A DNA stretch of 63,502 bases, counting the filler, from Sphacelaria rigidula (Eukaryota), in NCBI GenBank assembly GCA_964200075.2. It is 4 parts of 4 records of this genome, joined end to end, with 100 filler letters (N's around TTAATTAATTAA, not from the genome) between each part and the next. Parts side by side here need not be neighbours in the genome. Positions count along the whole stretch, not along the records: positions 1 to 15,803 come from CAXNAA020001585.1; 3 more parts are not named here. The stretch is one strand, 5' to 3'. The notes beneath the pieces were generated by a model. The model searched no databases. It saw only the letters and a list, made by a program, of their open reading frames with translations, and was not told the DNA's origin. This document shows positions 1 through 11,123 of the stretch, one piece after another. Position 1 is the stretch's first letter, and every line of letters starts with the position of its first letter. Position numbers and translations under genes: made by a program.

Positions 1-507
1 AGGCGCTTTATGGCCATTTTTTTCGTGACACTTTTAGCTGGTTTTGGGGGGGGGGCTATCGTAGAAAGTGTCAGAGGTTCTTGTGTAATGTATGGAAGAA
101 ACGTAATGAGTTACGGAAGGGACGTAATGAGCGCCAGAATGTTGGAGGTGTCTCTATTAGGAGTAGGAACGGTGCTCGAAAGGGATGCGTGGTCAATGGT
201 CAAACGACTAAGGCAAGCAACAAATGAGAACGCCCCCCCTGTTCCAAGAGGCTGTTGCGTTAACCCTTACCCTGTATTGAGGGGGAGGTCACCAAGGTTA
301 GATACATCGTATCATATTCGGAAACAGGTATCGTGACCATAAAAATCTCGGGACCTGTTTTTGAGGAGAAATTCACCATACTCTCTGAGATGTACCAAGC
401 AACTTTCGGTTTCTGGATGGCTTAGCGGGGATGCATATGTTCAGCGCTTTTCAACAAATAGGGTTGGATAACTTAAATAAGTGTTGATCAAGTAATGTAG
501 GGAGATT

Positions 508-564
508 GTAGTAGTGGTGGTAGTAGTAGTGGTAGTAGTAGTAGTAGTAGTAGTGGTGGTAGTA
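508..564. repeat. (GTA/GTG)n trinucleotide microsatellite
   Basis: Directly visible gtagtagtggtggtagtagtagt... run. Confidence 0.9.
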
Positions 565-647
565 TTGGGGACTCTATCAAGCACGAATACCATAAGATTG
601 TTTTGTATGAGGCACCTTCCTTTCTCGTGCTTCCTTCATTGCTGCAG

Positions 648-1527
648 TGGACAAAGCTCGTCGGCCAGACGGACCGGTACTTGAAGGTCGAGCCTTATTC
701 AAAATCGCTGACAATATCCCTTTCTCTCTGTCTCTGTGTCGCAGCAGCACATGCATGAAGGCGGGGGGAAAGCGAAAACGTCGAGTTCTGTACCGTGTCG
801 AAGCTTCCTATTTTTCGGAATGTTTTCGACTCAAGAGCTTGTGAAACCTTGACTCTCACGCTAGAGTTCATTTTTTTTTTTGTCATTCCAAAACTGACGT
901 CATCATCTCGTCTCACCCGCAGCTCCACGGTGTGCTTGCTCGCTCATTCGTTGTTTTTTTTTTCTCCAAGGCTCGTGGCTGTGGAAAGTGATGGTCATCG
1001 GTGCTATCACAGTCGCTGCAATGCTTGGCATGCGCTTTGCTCTCCATACGGTGAGCGTTTTTTTTCTCTTTTTTTTTTCTCCGGCAGGTGACGGAAGGTA
1101 TAGTATAGGACACAGTTTTCAAAAAGAAGCCGTCAAAATGCCCCAGCTCGAACTCTTTCCTGATGATGTAAGTAGCTGTCAAAGCGTGCAGGGTAAGTAC
1201 TGGCACACGGCCACATTGTCCTCGCCCCCGCGCTCGGCCTGGCCTTTTTCGTCGCCACCCAAGGACAGGGCGGGCGCTGGATGGCGTGTTGGTATTGAAA
1301 CGGTACCTCGATGCACCTTGCGCACGTGTCACCCTTTTCATGATGCGTGTCAGCTCCACGTAAGCGCTCCTGGCGAATCTTCCCCATATTACCCGCCCTC
1401 ACCCGCCGCCGTGTTCCTACAGGCTTCCGATCTAGAGGCGACGGTGTCGGGGTATACGCTGGCAGTGTGGCCCCACGGTGCTGTGGGATTTTTGGGACTC
1501 ATGGGCGCCATCTGGCTCATAGCGTGA
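648..1527 (+). CDS. Probable 3' exons (648-686, 971-1050, 1423-1527) of an intron-containing gene encoding a protein with two C-terminal hydrophobic helices; 5' part not located, probably upstream of the window
   Basis: Pyrimidine-rich acceptors end at 647, 970 and 1422 and GT donors start at 687 and 1051 (gtgagc). Phases are compatible (1, 0), giving ...DKARRPDGPVLEG/SWLWKVMVIGAITVAAMLGMRFALHT/ASDLEATVSGYTLAVWPHGAVGFLGLMGAIWLIA*. No family recognised. Confidence 0.45.
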
Positions 1528-1582
1528 GTATCGCAGCCTAATATGCTGGAGTAGTAGTAGGTGTTTCTTCGTGCTGCAAGAC

Positions 1583-1650
1583 GCTGCGCTTTGCTGCGCT
1601 TTGCTGCGCTTTGCTGCGCTTTGCTGCGCTTTGCTGCGCTTTGCTGCGCT
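1583..1650. repeat. 10-bp tandem repeat (GCTGCGCTTT) x ~7
   Basis: Directly visible just downstream of the putative stop at 1527. Confidence 0.9.
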
Positions 1651-3487
1651 GTGAAGTAGCTGGTCCTTGTATGAGTGTTATCTAACGCCATCCGTCGTCC
1701 CTTTTTTTTTTTTCATCATGCTTCCAACCCGCCCTCCTCCTTGAAACGAGTCCGTCGTCTCAATGGATCCACCCATCTCTCTCCTAATGCGCGCGCCTCA
1801 AGTCTTGGTACCGCGAATGGGATCAGCACCCCCGCGCCGCGTCGATCTTTGTGAATTTTCTCTTTGCAAACTCACGTCGTCACGTTTTTAAGGATGGAAA
1901 CCAGATACTTGAAAAATAAATATCCCTCATGTACTCGGGTTCAAACCCCCAAGATTTTCCGCCGTAACAGGTGTCAGCTGTACCCATTTTAACTTAGGCC
2001 ACGGAGGGGGCGCTGCGGGTGCCATGCGTTATTTTTGTCCAGCATTCAACTCCACCACAAAGGCGGCGTCAAAATTCCATTTGAATTTGGAAGTCCGTGC
2101 TCCTGTGACGCCTCTCCAACGTGTAACGCCAGAAGGCGCCGCGAAATGTACACATGTGCAACCGACCTAAGGCGCTGCATTTGCCATTACCTGCCAAGTA
2201 CCTCGAAGTGCCCCGCGTGTGAGCGGTTTGTGTTCTGTTTACACTCTGTTCTGATTTTGTTTCTCATGTACCGGCGCGGATAATCACTGAAACAGGGCCG
2301 TCATGACAGGAACGGGGTGGAGTACGCTGTGGTTGTGCATCACGTCTATTTTGTTTTTGGCGGGAGTGGAGGCTGCATTGCGCGGAGGAATGTGAGGGCT
2401 GTATTTAGGTTACCGCATCATGAAGTGCACCGCTTTTGTTGGGGGGAGGGGAGCAAGGGGACTTGCGCAGCCGTCGAGTACCGGAGCTGCGCGGTGCCGT
2501 CACTGCTCTTGCATGGACGCGATCCCAGGGCCTTGTAAACGTTCCTTCATATAACACAATACAACGACGCGTTGACGACCTGTGGCTGATATTTGCGAAC
2601 TTGTTATGCATTCATTTGTGTACCCGTCCGCTCTGCATAGTACTGTGCCGTGCAGGCTGATCATTCCAAGACCCACAGCACCCCCCACCCAACACCCCAC
2701 TAAGCGCTACCTCCGTATCTCCGCCCTCGACGGATCACCCCCCCCCCCCCCCCCCATGAACGTTTTCTTGGTTGCATCGTTGATGGCCATACAATCGTTA
2801 CAATCCTGTTGAGCTCTGTGTATACTGCAACGCGGCACAAACTAGTTCGATTGAATATGGTCGGCTACCCCCTCCACTCCCCCGCTGATAGGATAAGGAT
2901 TTCAGCACGACAGTAGCGAAACGAGTCAGGGTTCAAATCATCGTCACGTGGGGAAGGGGTTGGTGAAGTCACAGTTGTGTCTGCGTGTATGTAAGTAACG
3001 TTTGCGTGCAGAAAGGTCAGTTGTGTACTGAAGTGTTGACCGGTCCGTGTTTTCTGTGACATGAAACATGGACAATAGCTTCTATCTTGAGATTTGCAAT
3101 CAGTTTTGTAATGATCAAAATCACCGACAGTTGTAATAAGAGGAACAAAAACGATGCCACTGGGCAACATGAGAGCTGGAAACAGTTTCCGGTGTAGTGC
3201 TTTGTTTGAGTGGGCAAATACTGTAGCTGCGGCGTCCGTCTACTTCTTCTTTAAGAAGCGCAGGTCCAGCAGCCGATATCAGTAGGGTAGCCGTTTTGTA
3301 CGTCACACGAGGTATGTCTTCTACCGAAGAACACCAAACGATTTCTCAGAGCACGCCCGAAAAACATGAACTGCACCTGCGAAGTGACAAAGCGTTAACA
3401 GCAAGCACCCCCCCCCTCCATTCCTTCCGCCACCCTGTAACGAAATTCGCATCCCCTCAAAACTTTTGATTTATGTTTTCACTACAG

Positions 3488-3974
3488 GTGGCACTTCCGT
3501 TGGTGGGTGCCAGCGGAGCGTTTTCCGTTTCTCAAACCGTGGTCAGAAACGCAAGTATCATCCCGCCGGGTGCAGCAATCGGGAGTCGGTTCGTACGCAC
3601 CCCCGCGGCCTGTTGCACCCCCCCCGCCCCCTCCAGTTCACGAGGAGCAGTCGGTTCTCCAGCCGTTTCTGGGCGGCGGCGTCGACGACGCCAGGGGCAG
3701 TGACGGTGCCGCTCGCCTGGGGGACACGGACGGGGTTGCATTAGGGGCTACTAGCTTCAGTGAGCGGGTCGAGCTCAACCGTAATCTTAATGGGAATATG
3801 GATAGCGGTGATATTGCTAACATTCATTTGAGTAGCGGTATGGGGGACGGTCTTGCCGCGACGGCAGCAGTGGATGATGAAGGGGACGAGGCGGAGCTGT
3901 TGCAGGTGTTGGGGGATGGTGGCGGAGGAGGGGGTAAGGTGTTCGATGAAGGTGATCTAGGCGAATCTGTTTAA
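3488..3974 (+). other. Possible terminal exon or decayed coding fragment (Pro-rich, then acidic/Gly-rich)
   Basis: Acceptor-like ttatgttttcactacag ends at 3487, followed by an open frame to TAA at 3974 (WHFRWWVPAERF...DEGDLGESV). No recognisable domain, and upstream exons cannot be joined without stops. Confidence 0.2.
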
Positions 3975-5942
3975 CTGGAGCGGGCCTGCGTTTTTGTACG
4001 ATCATCCTTTGTATCGCTTCGAGTGTCAAGGAGTAAGTGGTTGTTAGAGGGAATGCGGGAATACGGGGCTGTTCTTGCATTGACGAATGCATCGCCCTGT
4101 GTTGATCAGAGCGTCTCGAACGTGAAAAAATGTAGACTGTTTTTGTTCATCAGTTGGAGTAAAGTGTAGAGTGTGCCAAGAAATGGATGGCTTGGCAAGA
4201 AAGGAATTATTTGGCACCTCATTCCCCCCCTCTTCCTCATGGAATTTGTCCCGGTAAGCTGTTATGTTGTACACGCTCGATCAGGGGGTGGGCATGTGGA
4301 GAGAGCAGAGCAGTTGGCAGGGATCTCGCCGACCTTGTCAGGCGGTCGAGAGCCTAGTAAATCAATTGTATGAGTTGGGTCTTGTATGAAAGCATCCATT
4401 GACAGGCTATTCGTGACGTGCACCAGCAATCTCTCTTGTGTCGTTTCGTCTTCTGCTTGGATACGCGCTGTTCTGCGTTTTGATTGCTCCCTCGGCATGG
4501 GTTAGATCTACATCGCTGGCGTTTCAAAATACGAGTAGTGTATGCACAGGGTTTTTGACGAGAGACCCATGTAGACTGCCGACGGAAGCACAAACTTGAG
4601 GGTATGGGAGAAAAAATGGGGAGGGTAGGGGGAGTTATGACGTCTTCAGTACTTCCTCGTCCCACGCGGATGGTTTCTTCGGGGCCCGCCTTAGTTGAGC
4701 CCAGCACAAATACGTAGTCCGTGGCACTGGCGGTAGCAATGGTCACAAGGTGTCATCTAATTTTGACGTGGAAAATTTCCACCGAAATTGTGGGGGCGAT
4801 TTCATCCCCCGAGCGATTGTGAATAACTTTTGCTGAACGAGAGGGAGGTGAAGTCGCGGTGCGAAAACATCGACCAGGTGACGCTGCAGTGTTACTTCGT
4901 TAGAATGAGCAGTTCAACATCCAATCGCTGAAACGAGGAGCAAACGGCGATGGTTCGCGAAGAAGCGTAGACGGGCAATACGAGGAACATATTATCGCCA
5001 GGGTACAACGTATCTATCCGTTTCATGAGCATCAGCATCGATGCAACGGTGAGGTGAGTTGGATTTCCCAGGGAGCGGTTCTTCGGAATTTTCGAATAGT
5101 TCGCAACCGACCGATGAACTAGTGACGAAGATCATCGAGCAGGTGCTTGGCGCTCATCACACGATCAGGACGAAGCCTCAGCAGTGGAGATTTCGATTGC
5201 GTCTATCATTGTACGGCTCGGGAGCGTTCGTCCACTTTGGCAGCGACGTGTGCACATGAAGGTCTCCACTACATTCGAAGAGACGAAAACGATTGCTGTG
5301 GGTGGTTGCAAATTTAACTGAATGAAGGTATAAGCTGGGCCAGTCAAGAAATTGATTTGACCTCAAGAGGTCTCAAGGGGATATCTTATCGACACACAGA
5401 CAAGTTGGGCCGCGATCCGCAAAAACGTATTAATCGTCTACGCAAAAACGTATTAATCGTCTAATCAAGGGGAAGGTGCCCGTTTACTCAAAAGTCTGGG
5501 TCAATATTTTCTCGTTGAATACACCCCATGTCTGGTAATTCCTACACCGTACGGAGATAGCGTCAACACTAGAATCTATATGAAACCCCGAACGATACAT
5601 TCAGCGGATGACGACGATTTTTGTTGTGGATATTCCGTGGAGCACGGGGGGACAAAGGGTGTCCTCACCTTCACCTTATTCGTAATCCATCTCGAGATAT
5701 GGCGCACATAAGTTTCCATAATAAAATCAAAATATTACGAGCAGATGCACTAGATGGCCTAAATCTGGATATCGCGTCTCTCAGTTTACGAGAGTTGTGC
5801 TATAAAATTTCGTATGGAAAATCGCTAGTGCGTAGTACAATGAAGCACAGTTTTTTTTTTTTCGTTTCTTCGTTTTTTGTGTTTTCAAGGGCAATAATCA
5901 GGGTTCCTTGTGTATCGATTTTCGTAGCCGTTTGCTACCTAA

Positions 5943-6203
5943 GAGTGATGCTGCGATAGGGTCTGCACTTTTGAGGCCAAAACCGGCCTGATTCAGGGGT
6001 TCCTCAAATTAGGAACTACACAAGGATATGGGTGAGGATATCCCCGTTTGCAAATTCATTAGGGATATCCCTAGCAAATTGGAAGAAAAACCCTGGCGTA
6101 CTCTCACCTATTTCGAAAGTCGTGTTTTGGATGAGATAAAGGGTGGTTCGTAACAATTCTTATCTCAGGCCGTAAAAGTGCTGACCCTATCGCAGCATCA
6201 CTC
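5943..6203. mobile_element. ~260-bp MITE with GAG...CTC termini and 4-bp TSD (Sola-like)
   Basis: ~36-bp TIRs GAGTGATGCTGCGATAGGGTC.GCACTTTT / AAAAGTGCTGACCCTATCGCAGCATCACTC, flanked by CTAA at 5939-5942 and 6204-6207. Diverged inverted copy at 49071-49329. Confidence 0.8.
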
Positions 6204-8163
6204 CTAAAGTAAATATCTCGACGAATGTGTCGTGGTCTCAAAGCAACAACCCTTTCATCACCCAAGGCTGTCATCTAAGTGCTCGATCAGCATCATTTTG
6301 ATGAAAAAAAATGATACCTAGATGCCATCTGCGAGCGCTCGAAGGGCTACAAAAAAGTACAGAGGAGGAAATTCAGGACGATTTGGTACGGGTCTGAGAA
6401 GGTCAGGTACTGAATATACGGGTCTGAGAATCATAGTGTTGTAGGAATCTATGATGGTACATGGCATAGACAGCAAAGCACAGGCAGTTGGACATGACTG
6501 CATGGTGCTACTGCATTCCACGAGAGTGCTTTCAGACAGGTGATCCCGAGTGAAAGCTATCCTAGGGTAAGGTTGAGATTGCTACGGTAGTGCAGGGGGT
6601 TGCTGTGGAGCAGAAGTTCCCCGTCGACTGTCCTCTTGCCTGTTCCCCTCCCTTGCCGTTTCACAAACAGGACGAAGATATGTCGATAGTTTTGAACGTT
6701 ACACTCGTCCAGGTTGCATCATGTTCTCTTTCACTAGAGCGGAGTGCGGGAGCTCCTTTTTCAGCGTGGGCCAGGAAAATCTTGTGATAATGATGATGGT
6801 GATGATGGTGATGATGTCTACACCTCCTGCAAGTTCTCAACAGTGATACAGTCTGCTGTCTGCTACTTGAGTTGAACACCTCCCATCCTGAGAATGGATC
6901 TGTAACCGTTTGAACGCCCTCGGATTCTGTTCCGAGACTTCGTCCCCTGACAATCAGTGAGTTTTGGCAGACTGATTTTGGAGCGGCACAGATCGCTTGG
7001 TAACTTACCAATCAGTTCGCTCCATTTCGCTTGGGAATCGCCAGGGGAGTACTCTAAAACCAAGTTTTGTACGGTCTAACTCGTAGCGCGTTTCAGCCAA
7101 ATACAGTACCATAGATAATACAGTATCGTACACTGAACACAATACAACAGTACTGTACAGTACAGGCGCCCAACGCACGGCACCAGCAGGGGTGTCGCAG
7201 CAACGGACAGCGCGTTGTTCGTCTCACCGAAGACGAAACAGTCAACTCACCCATGAAGTTTTCAACAGTGTGCAGCCAGCACTACGTGCCGATTAACAGT
7301 GTTTTCTGGAGAGATGAACACAACGACAACATCGCAGCTCATGCGATCCAACCGTCTTCGCAAGGCGTGAACGCACTACAGCAGAAGAGACAGTGGAAGC
7401 TCCAACACATGAGAGAGGCTTGAGTGTTTTTGCTGCGGTACAGTAGTGAAACAGGACGTGTCCCACGTTTCAGTCCCCCGTCTGATCGTGGACAGGTCTT
7501 CAATTTTGGGCCAGTGCCGAGTTTGAACACTCGGCCATAGTCGCGGTCAATTCACTTTGGGTTCTATCCTACTCTTCGTGTGGGAGGTTTGGCTCGTGAT
7601 GCGGGCTCCGCCCTCTAATTTATTCAAGCAGATTCTGTCCAGGTACATCTTCGATTTGCCTGAGTTTTTGGAGCATGTTAATTGAGTCGTAGATGGACGC
7701 TAAATGCGCATATGCGTCTGACAGAAATGGTGCACAAGAACAAGGTTCATACGTAGCCAATAGCTGTGCAGCACCATTTTGCCATGATTGAGCGAGCCGA
7801 GTGTACCTCTCTCGCCGTTGTTGACCATTCAGCTGTTGCTCGTAGTACCGTCGGGCTCAGCAGCGTGCTCTGAGCGATGAATACCCCACAACATCTTTCC
7901 TACTCGCCACTGGGGTTAGCGAAAGCGAGTAGGCTGCGGTTCCGCGCTCGCGTGTGTGCCAAATCCTGCTTGTCCTGCTGCGTGTGTGCCAAATCCCGCT
8001 CGTCCTGCTCAGTTGGCTGTCGATGAGGGGAGATTTTCAGCCAATTCAGGGCGCAAAACCGAAATGTAGCCGACAACATCCGCACGGGCCGCGCCTACTA
8101 CAGCTGCACGCAGAATCCTCAAGTAAATATTCCACGCGGTTTAGCTGTTTAGGCCAACTCTAA

Positions 8164-8538
8164 CGGCAGCCGTTCAAAATTCCTGTTCAAACCTGCCTTT
8201 TTCGCTCTTCTCCGTCGATTTACGCCCGAAAAAGAGGGCTAGACGGATGTTGACGCCTTCGAATGACTTGCTCTACTCGTTGAGGCCGTTCTAGGGCAAC
8301 TTTGCATTTCCTGCTGGCCGCACTTTTGTTTCTGGCCGAATGAGGCGAGGCTGTTGGAAATCCATGTTTGGCCAAAGATAAAAGTGCGGCCAGCGGGAAA
8401 TGCAAGTTGCCCTGGAACGGCAATGAGTAGAGCAAGTCATTCCGAGGCGTCAACATCCGACTAGCCCTCTTTTCAGGCGTAAAACGACGGAGAAGGGCCA
8501 AAAAGGCAGTTTTGAGTAGGAATTTTGAACGGCTCCCC
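8164..8538. mobile_element. Foldback/long-TIR non-autonomous element (~175-bp arms, ~27-nt loop)
   Basis: 8164-8340 is the near reverse complement of 8368-8538. Arm sequence (ttctccgtcg...gatgttgac...atgacttgctctactcg) is shared with 14624-15395. TSD ambiguous (TAA/TAG or CTAA/CTAG). Confidence 0.8.
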
Positions 8539-8995
8539 CTAGAGTCGGTCTTAGCAACAGTTCTTTTTGCTGACCGAATTCATAAACGTGCTACTGTTAT
8601 CTCGATGTTTCTATTGTTGTTGCTTGTCCTACGTTGGCGAAGCGCTGGTGATTGTGGATCATGCACGACTATGTATGGCGCGCGGCAAATATATGCGTAG
8701 CAATAACTTGTTGCATGTAGGCGTTGTATTTAGACTGAAACCAATATTCTGAATCCCTCCCCCTCCCATAAGGCTCTCCTTTAAGCTTTCGATCAGGGGC
8801 CGGGGCGTCTACGAGATTGATGAAGAAACAAGCTATTGTGTCGAACAGGCAACACTCTGCTTAGAATTTTCATCTAGTGGTTACCAACTGACAGCTAGTT
8901 GCACATCTTCACCCGAGAGTTACACGAAGACAACGACTCCATATTAGTTATCGGCGTATGGGGTGTAGGTCTAATTGCGACTTCAATGCGGTACT

Positions 8996-9294
8996 AATAA
9001 TGTTTCAGTGAGATTGAGAGTAAATGATACGATTGAGAGTGACTAGCGGTCAACTATTGAAGGAATACTTTCAGTTCCGAAATGACCGTGCACGAGGCCC
9101 GATACGCTTTCTGTAGTAGCTTGCCCCTGAAGCCCTTGATATCCCTGAGTAGGATATCGGCGTGTAGCTGTAAGCACACGCCAGTTTACAGTCAAAGAAA
9201 AGTACATACAGGATAAAAAGTTGGGCAAGATGAAGGGAATGATGAAACCTACTCTCAATCAACGCTCTACTCTCAATCTCACGGAAACATTGTT
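8996..9294. mobile_element. ~300-bp MITE, AACAA/AATAA-ended family
   Basis: TIRs AATAATGTTTCAGTGAGATTGAGAGTA / TACTCTCAATCTCACGGAAACATTGTT. Internal region matches 14948-15245 and ~20690-20980 in the opposite orientation. Confidence 0.75.
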
Positions 9295-10112
9295 GTATTA
9301 CTGCGGCCCATTGTGTCTAGAATGCTAACCCTAAAAGGTGACTCTGAAGCCTTGGTTATTACATTTCTGGCGCGGGAGAAAGTTGGAATCCAGGCCCTTT
9401 GACAGTTGAAAATGTGGGGGGCTCAGATTTTTGGCTCTAGACTTGTGATAGGGAATCGGCCATTCCCCAGACCTTGGCCATTATAACGTTTTACTCCCTT
9501 GGTTGTAAGATGACACAGGTCAACCCTAGATCGATTCCTGTAATGTGTGACAGACGTCTGCTCGGTTTAAAAAATGACACATTGCGGGTTTAGGTGTGTC
9601 AACAACTTTTTCCACCAGGAATAGATCCACGCTGTACCGCAATATCAAACGCCGAGATTTCTAATGTGGTTGGCCGAAACACCTACTTGTTTTCGGCGAG
9701 GAAAAACACCGGTATACGGCAGGGGATAAAAGGCAGTGGCGCAGCGGCGGCTTGCCGCCGAAGTCAGGTTTAGGCCCCCCCGAGTGTTTTGAGAGTTGAG
9801 TACTGGTTTGGCGTGGTCGCCAGGTTGACACTGTAGCAGTAGTTGTATACACTATTTATGTCGACATATCACTATCACATGGCGGGTCTAACCGCGAGCG
9901 ATATCCAGATTTCGTGTCGACTCCAGTGTCGTTACGAAAAATACTCTCTTTGAGTTCCGCTCTAAAAAATAGAAGGAAGTACCTTCGACTGTACATTTTC
10001 TCCGTGCCGACATCGCGTGAGTGTTTGGACGCCCCTGCTGTAAAACCCACGTTCTGGCGAAGCGACGCGAAATGGCGCACGACGCTCAAACTTTTCTCCC
10101 TCAGGTGGAGAG

Positions 10113-10174
<62 letters not shown>

Positions 10175-10280
10175 CCNNNNNNNNNNAACCCCCCGTCCTG
10201 GCGAGGCCCCGCGAAACGGCCCCCGCCCCCCAAACTTTCCCCCCCCCCGGGGGGGGCCCCCCCCCCCCCCCCCCCCCCTC
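10113..10280. repeat. Poly-C tracts with internal N gap (low-quality assembly)
   Basis: A long C run plus Ns. Similar poly-G tracts at ~16641-16800 and 62785-62850. Confidence 0.85.
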
Positions 10281-10381
10281 AGGCGAAGAGCCTCCGGGGG
10301 TACCGTCACTGACGGGCACCCGGCGATATCAGCTACGAAGAGTGGCGTCGCACCCAAAGGGTTGACGTCAGATCCCCACCA

Positions 10382-10556
10382 CCCGAAATTGTGTCTTCAC
10401 CCTTGAAGTACAGGAGTTCAGGGCGACTATGTACCTGTTGTGGGGCTCTGGGTATTGACGTAGACTCTTTCCCCCCCCGGAATTGTATCCTAACCCTTCA
10501 AGTACAGGAGTTCAGGGCGACTAAGTACCTGTTGTGGGACTCTGGATATTGAGGTA
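10382..10556. repeat. Two tandem copies of a ~94-bp unit
   Basis: ccgaaattgtgtcttcacccttgaagtacaggagttcagggcgactatgtacctgttgtgggg... is repeated at ~10477 with few substitutions. Confidence 0.8.
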
Positions 10557-11123
10557 TTTGTGTATCCTTGCTGATTAAGCGCGCGCGAGTTTTTCTGGGG
10601 TGTGGCAGGCCCCTTCACTTTCCTTCAGCAAATGAATGAAGCCTCACGCCAAGAAAAAAGAAATGATGACTTGCCCTGGATGGCTGTTACCTAGCTATTG
10701 ATTGCTGAGTAGGCTAGACTGGCCACAAATTTTCTGGCTTGGTGTTGCAAACCGCAGTAGTCTCGCTGACCCTCCGGCCGTCAAGTTATGTGAATATCGT
10801 AAAATAATCCCTCCACGAGAACTACCATTTTTTTGTGAACTGCGCAACAACCCAGGTCGATCATGATCCAATACATACAGTATTTCTTGTCGCCTGTATT
10901 GAAATGAGTAGGCGGTGTGTTGGGATGTAAGCCTCAGGTTCGTATTAGACGTTCCTAGATAACACGGACTCGTATTGTTTGCTTCAGGCAGGCGACTTCA
11001 TTTACTGCTACACACCATGCCCTACCTCGACCGGCCTCTCAGCATCTATCTGCGATTGTCGTCCTCCGTCGTCCTCCACGTACCTTTCAGGTTCTAGCCT
11101 CGCTCGCTTTGGCCACCTGAAAA

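Noticed and set aside
988..1527. 179-aa single-exon ORF
   Set aside because: The middle part has a gtgagc donor and poly-T tracts, so it is better read as an intron between two in-frame exons.
2302..2394. Signal-peptide-like short ORF MTGTGWSTLWLCITSILFLAGVEAALRGG
   Set aside because: It ends in a stop, and I could not join it to a convincing downstream exon.
9856..10365. Poly-Pro/poly-Gly ORFs (also 16568-16935 and 62709-62970)
   Set aside because: They are translations of homopolymer C/G tracts, two of them at N gaps, with no coding evidence.
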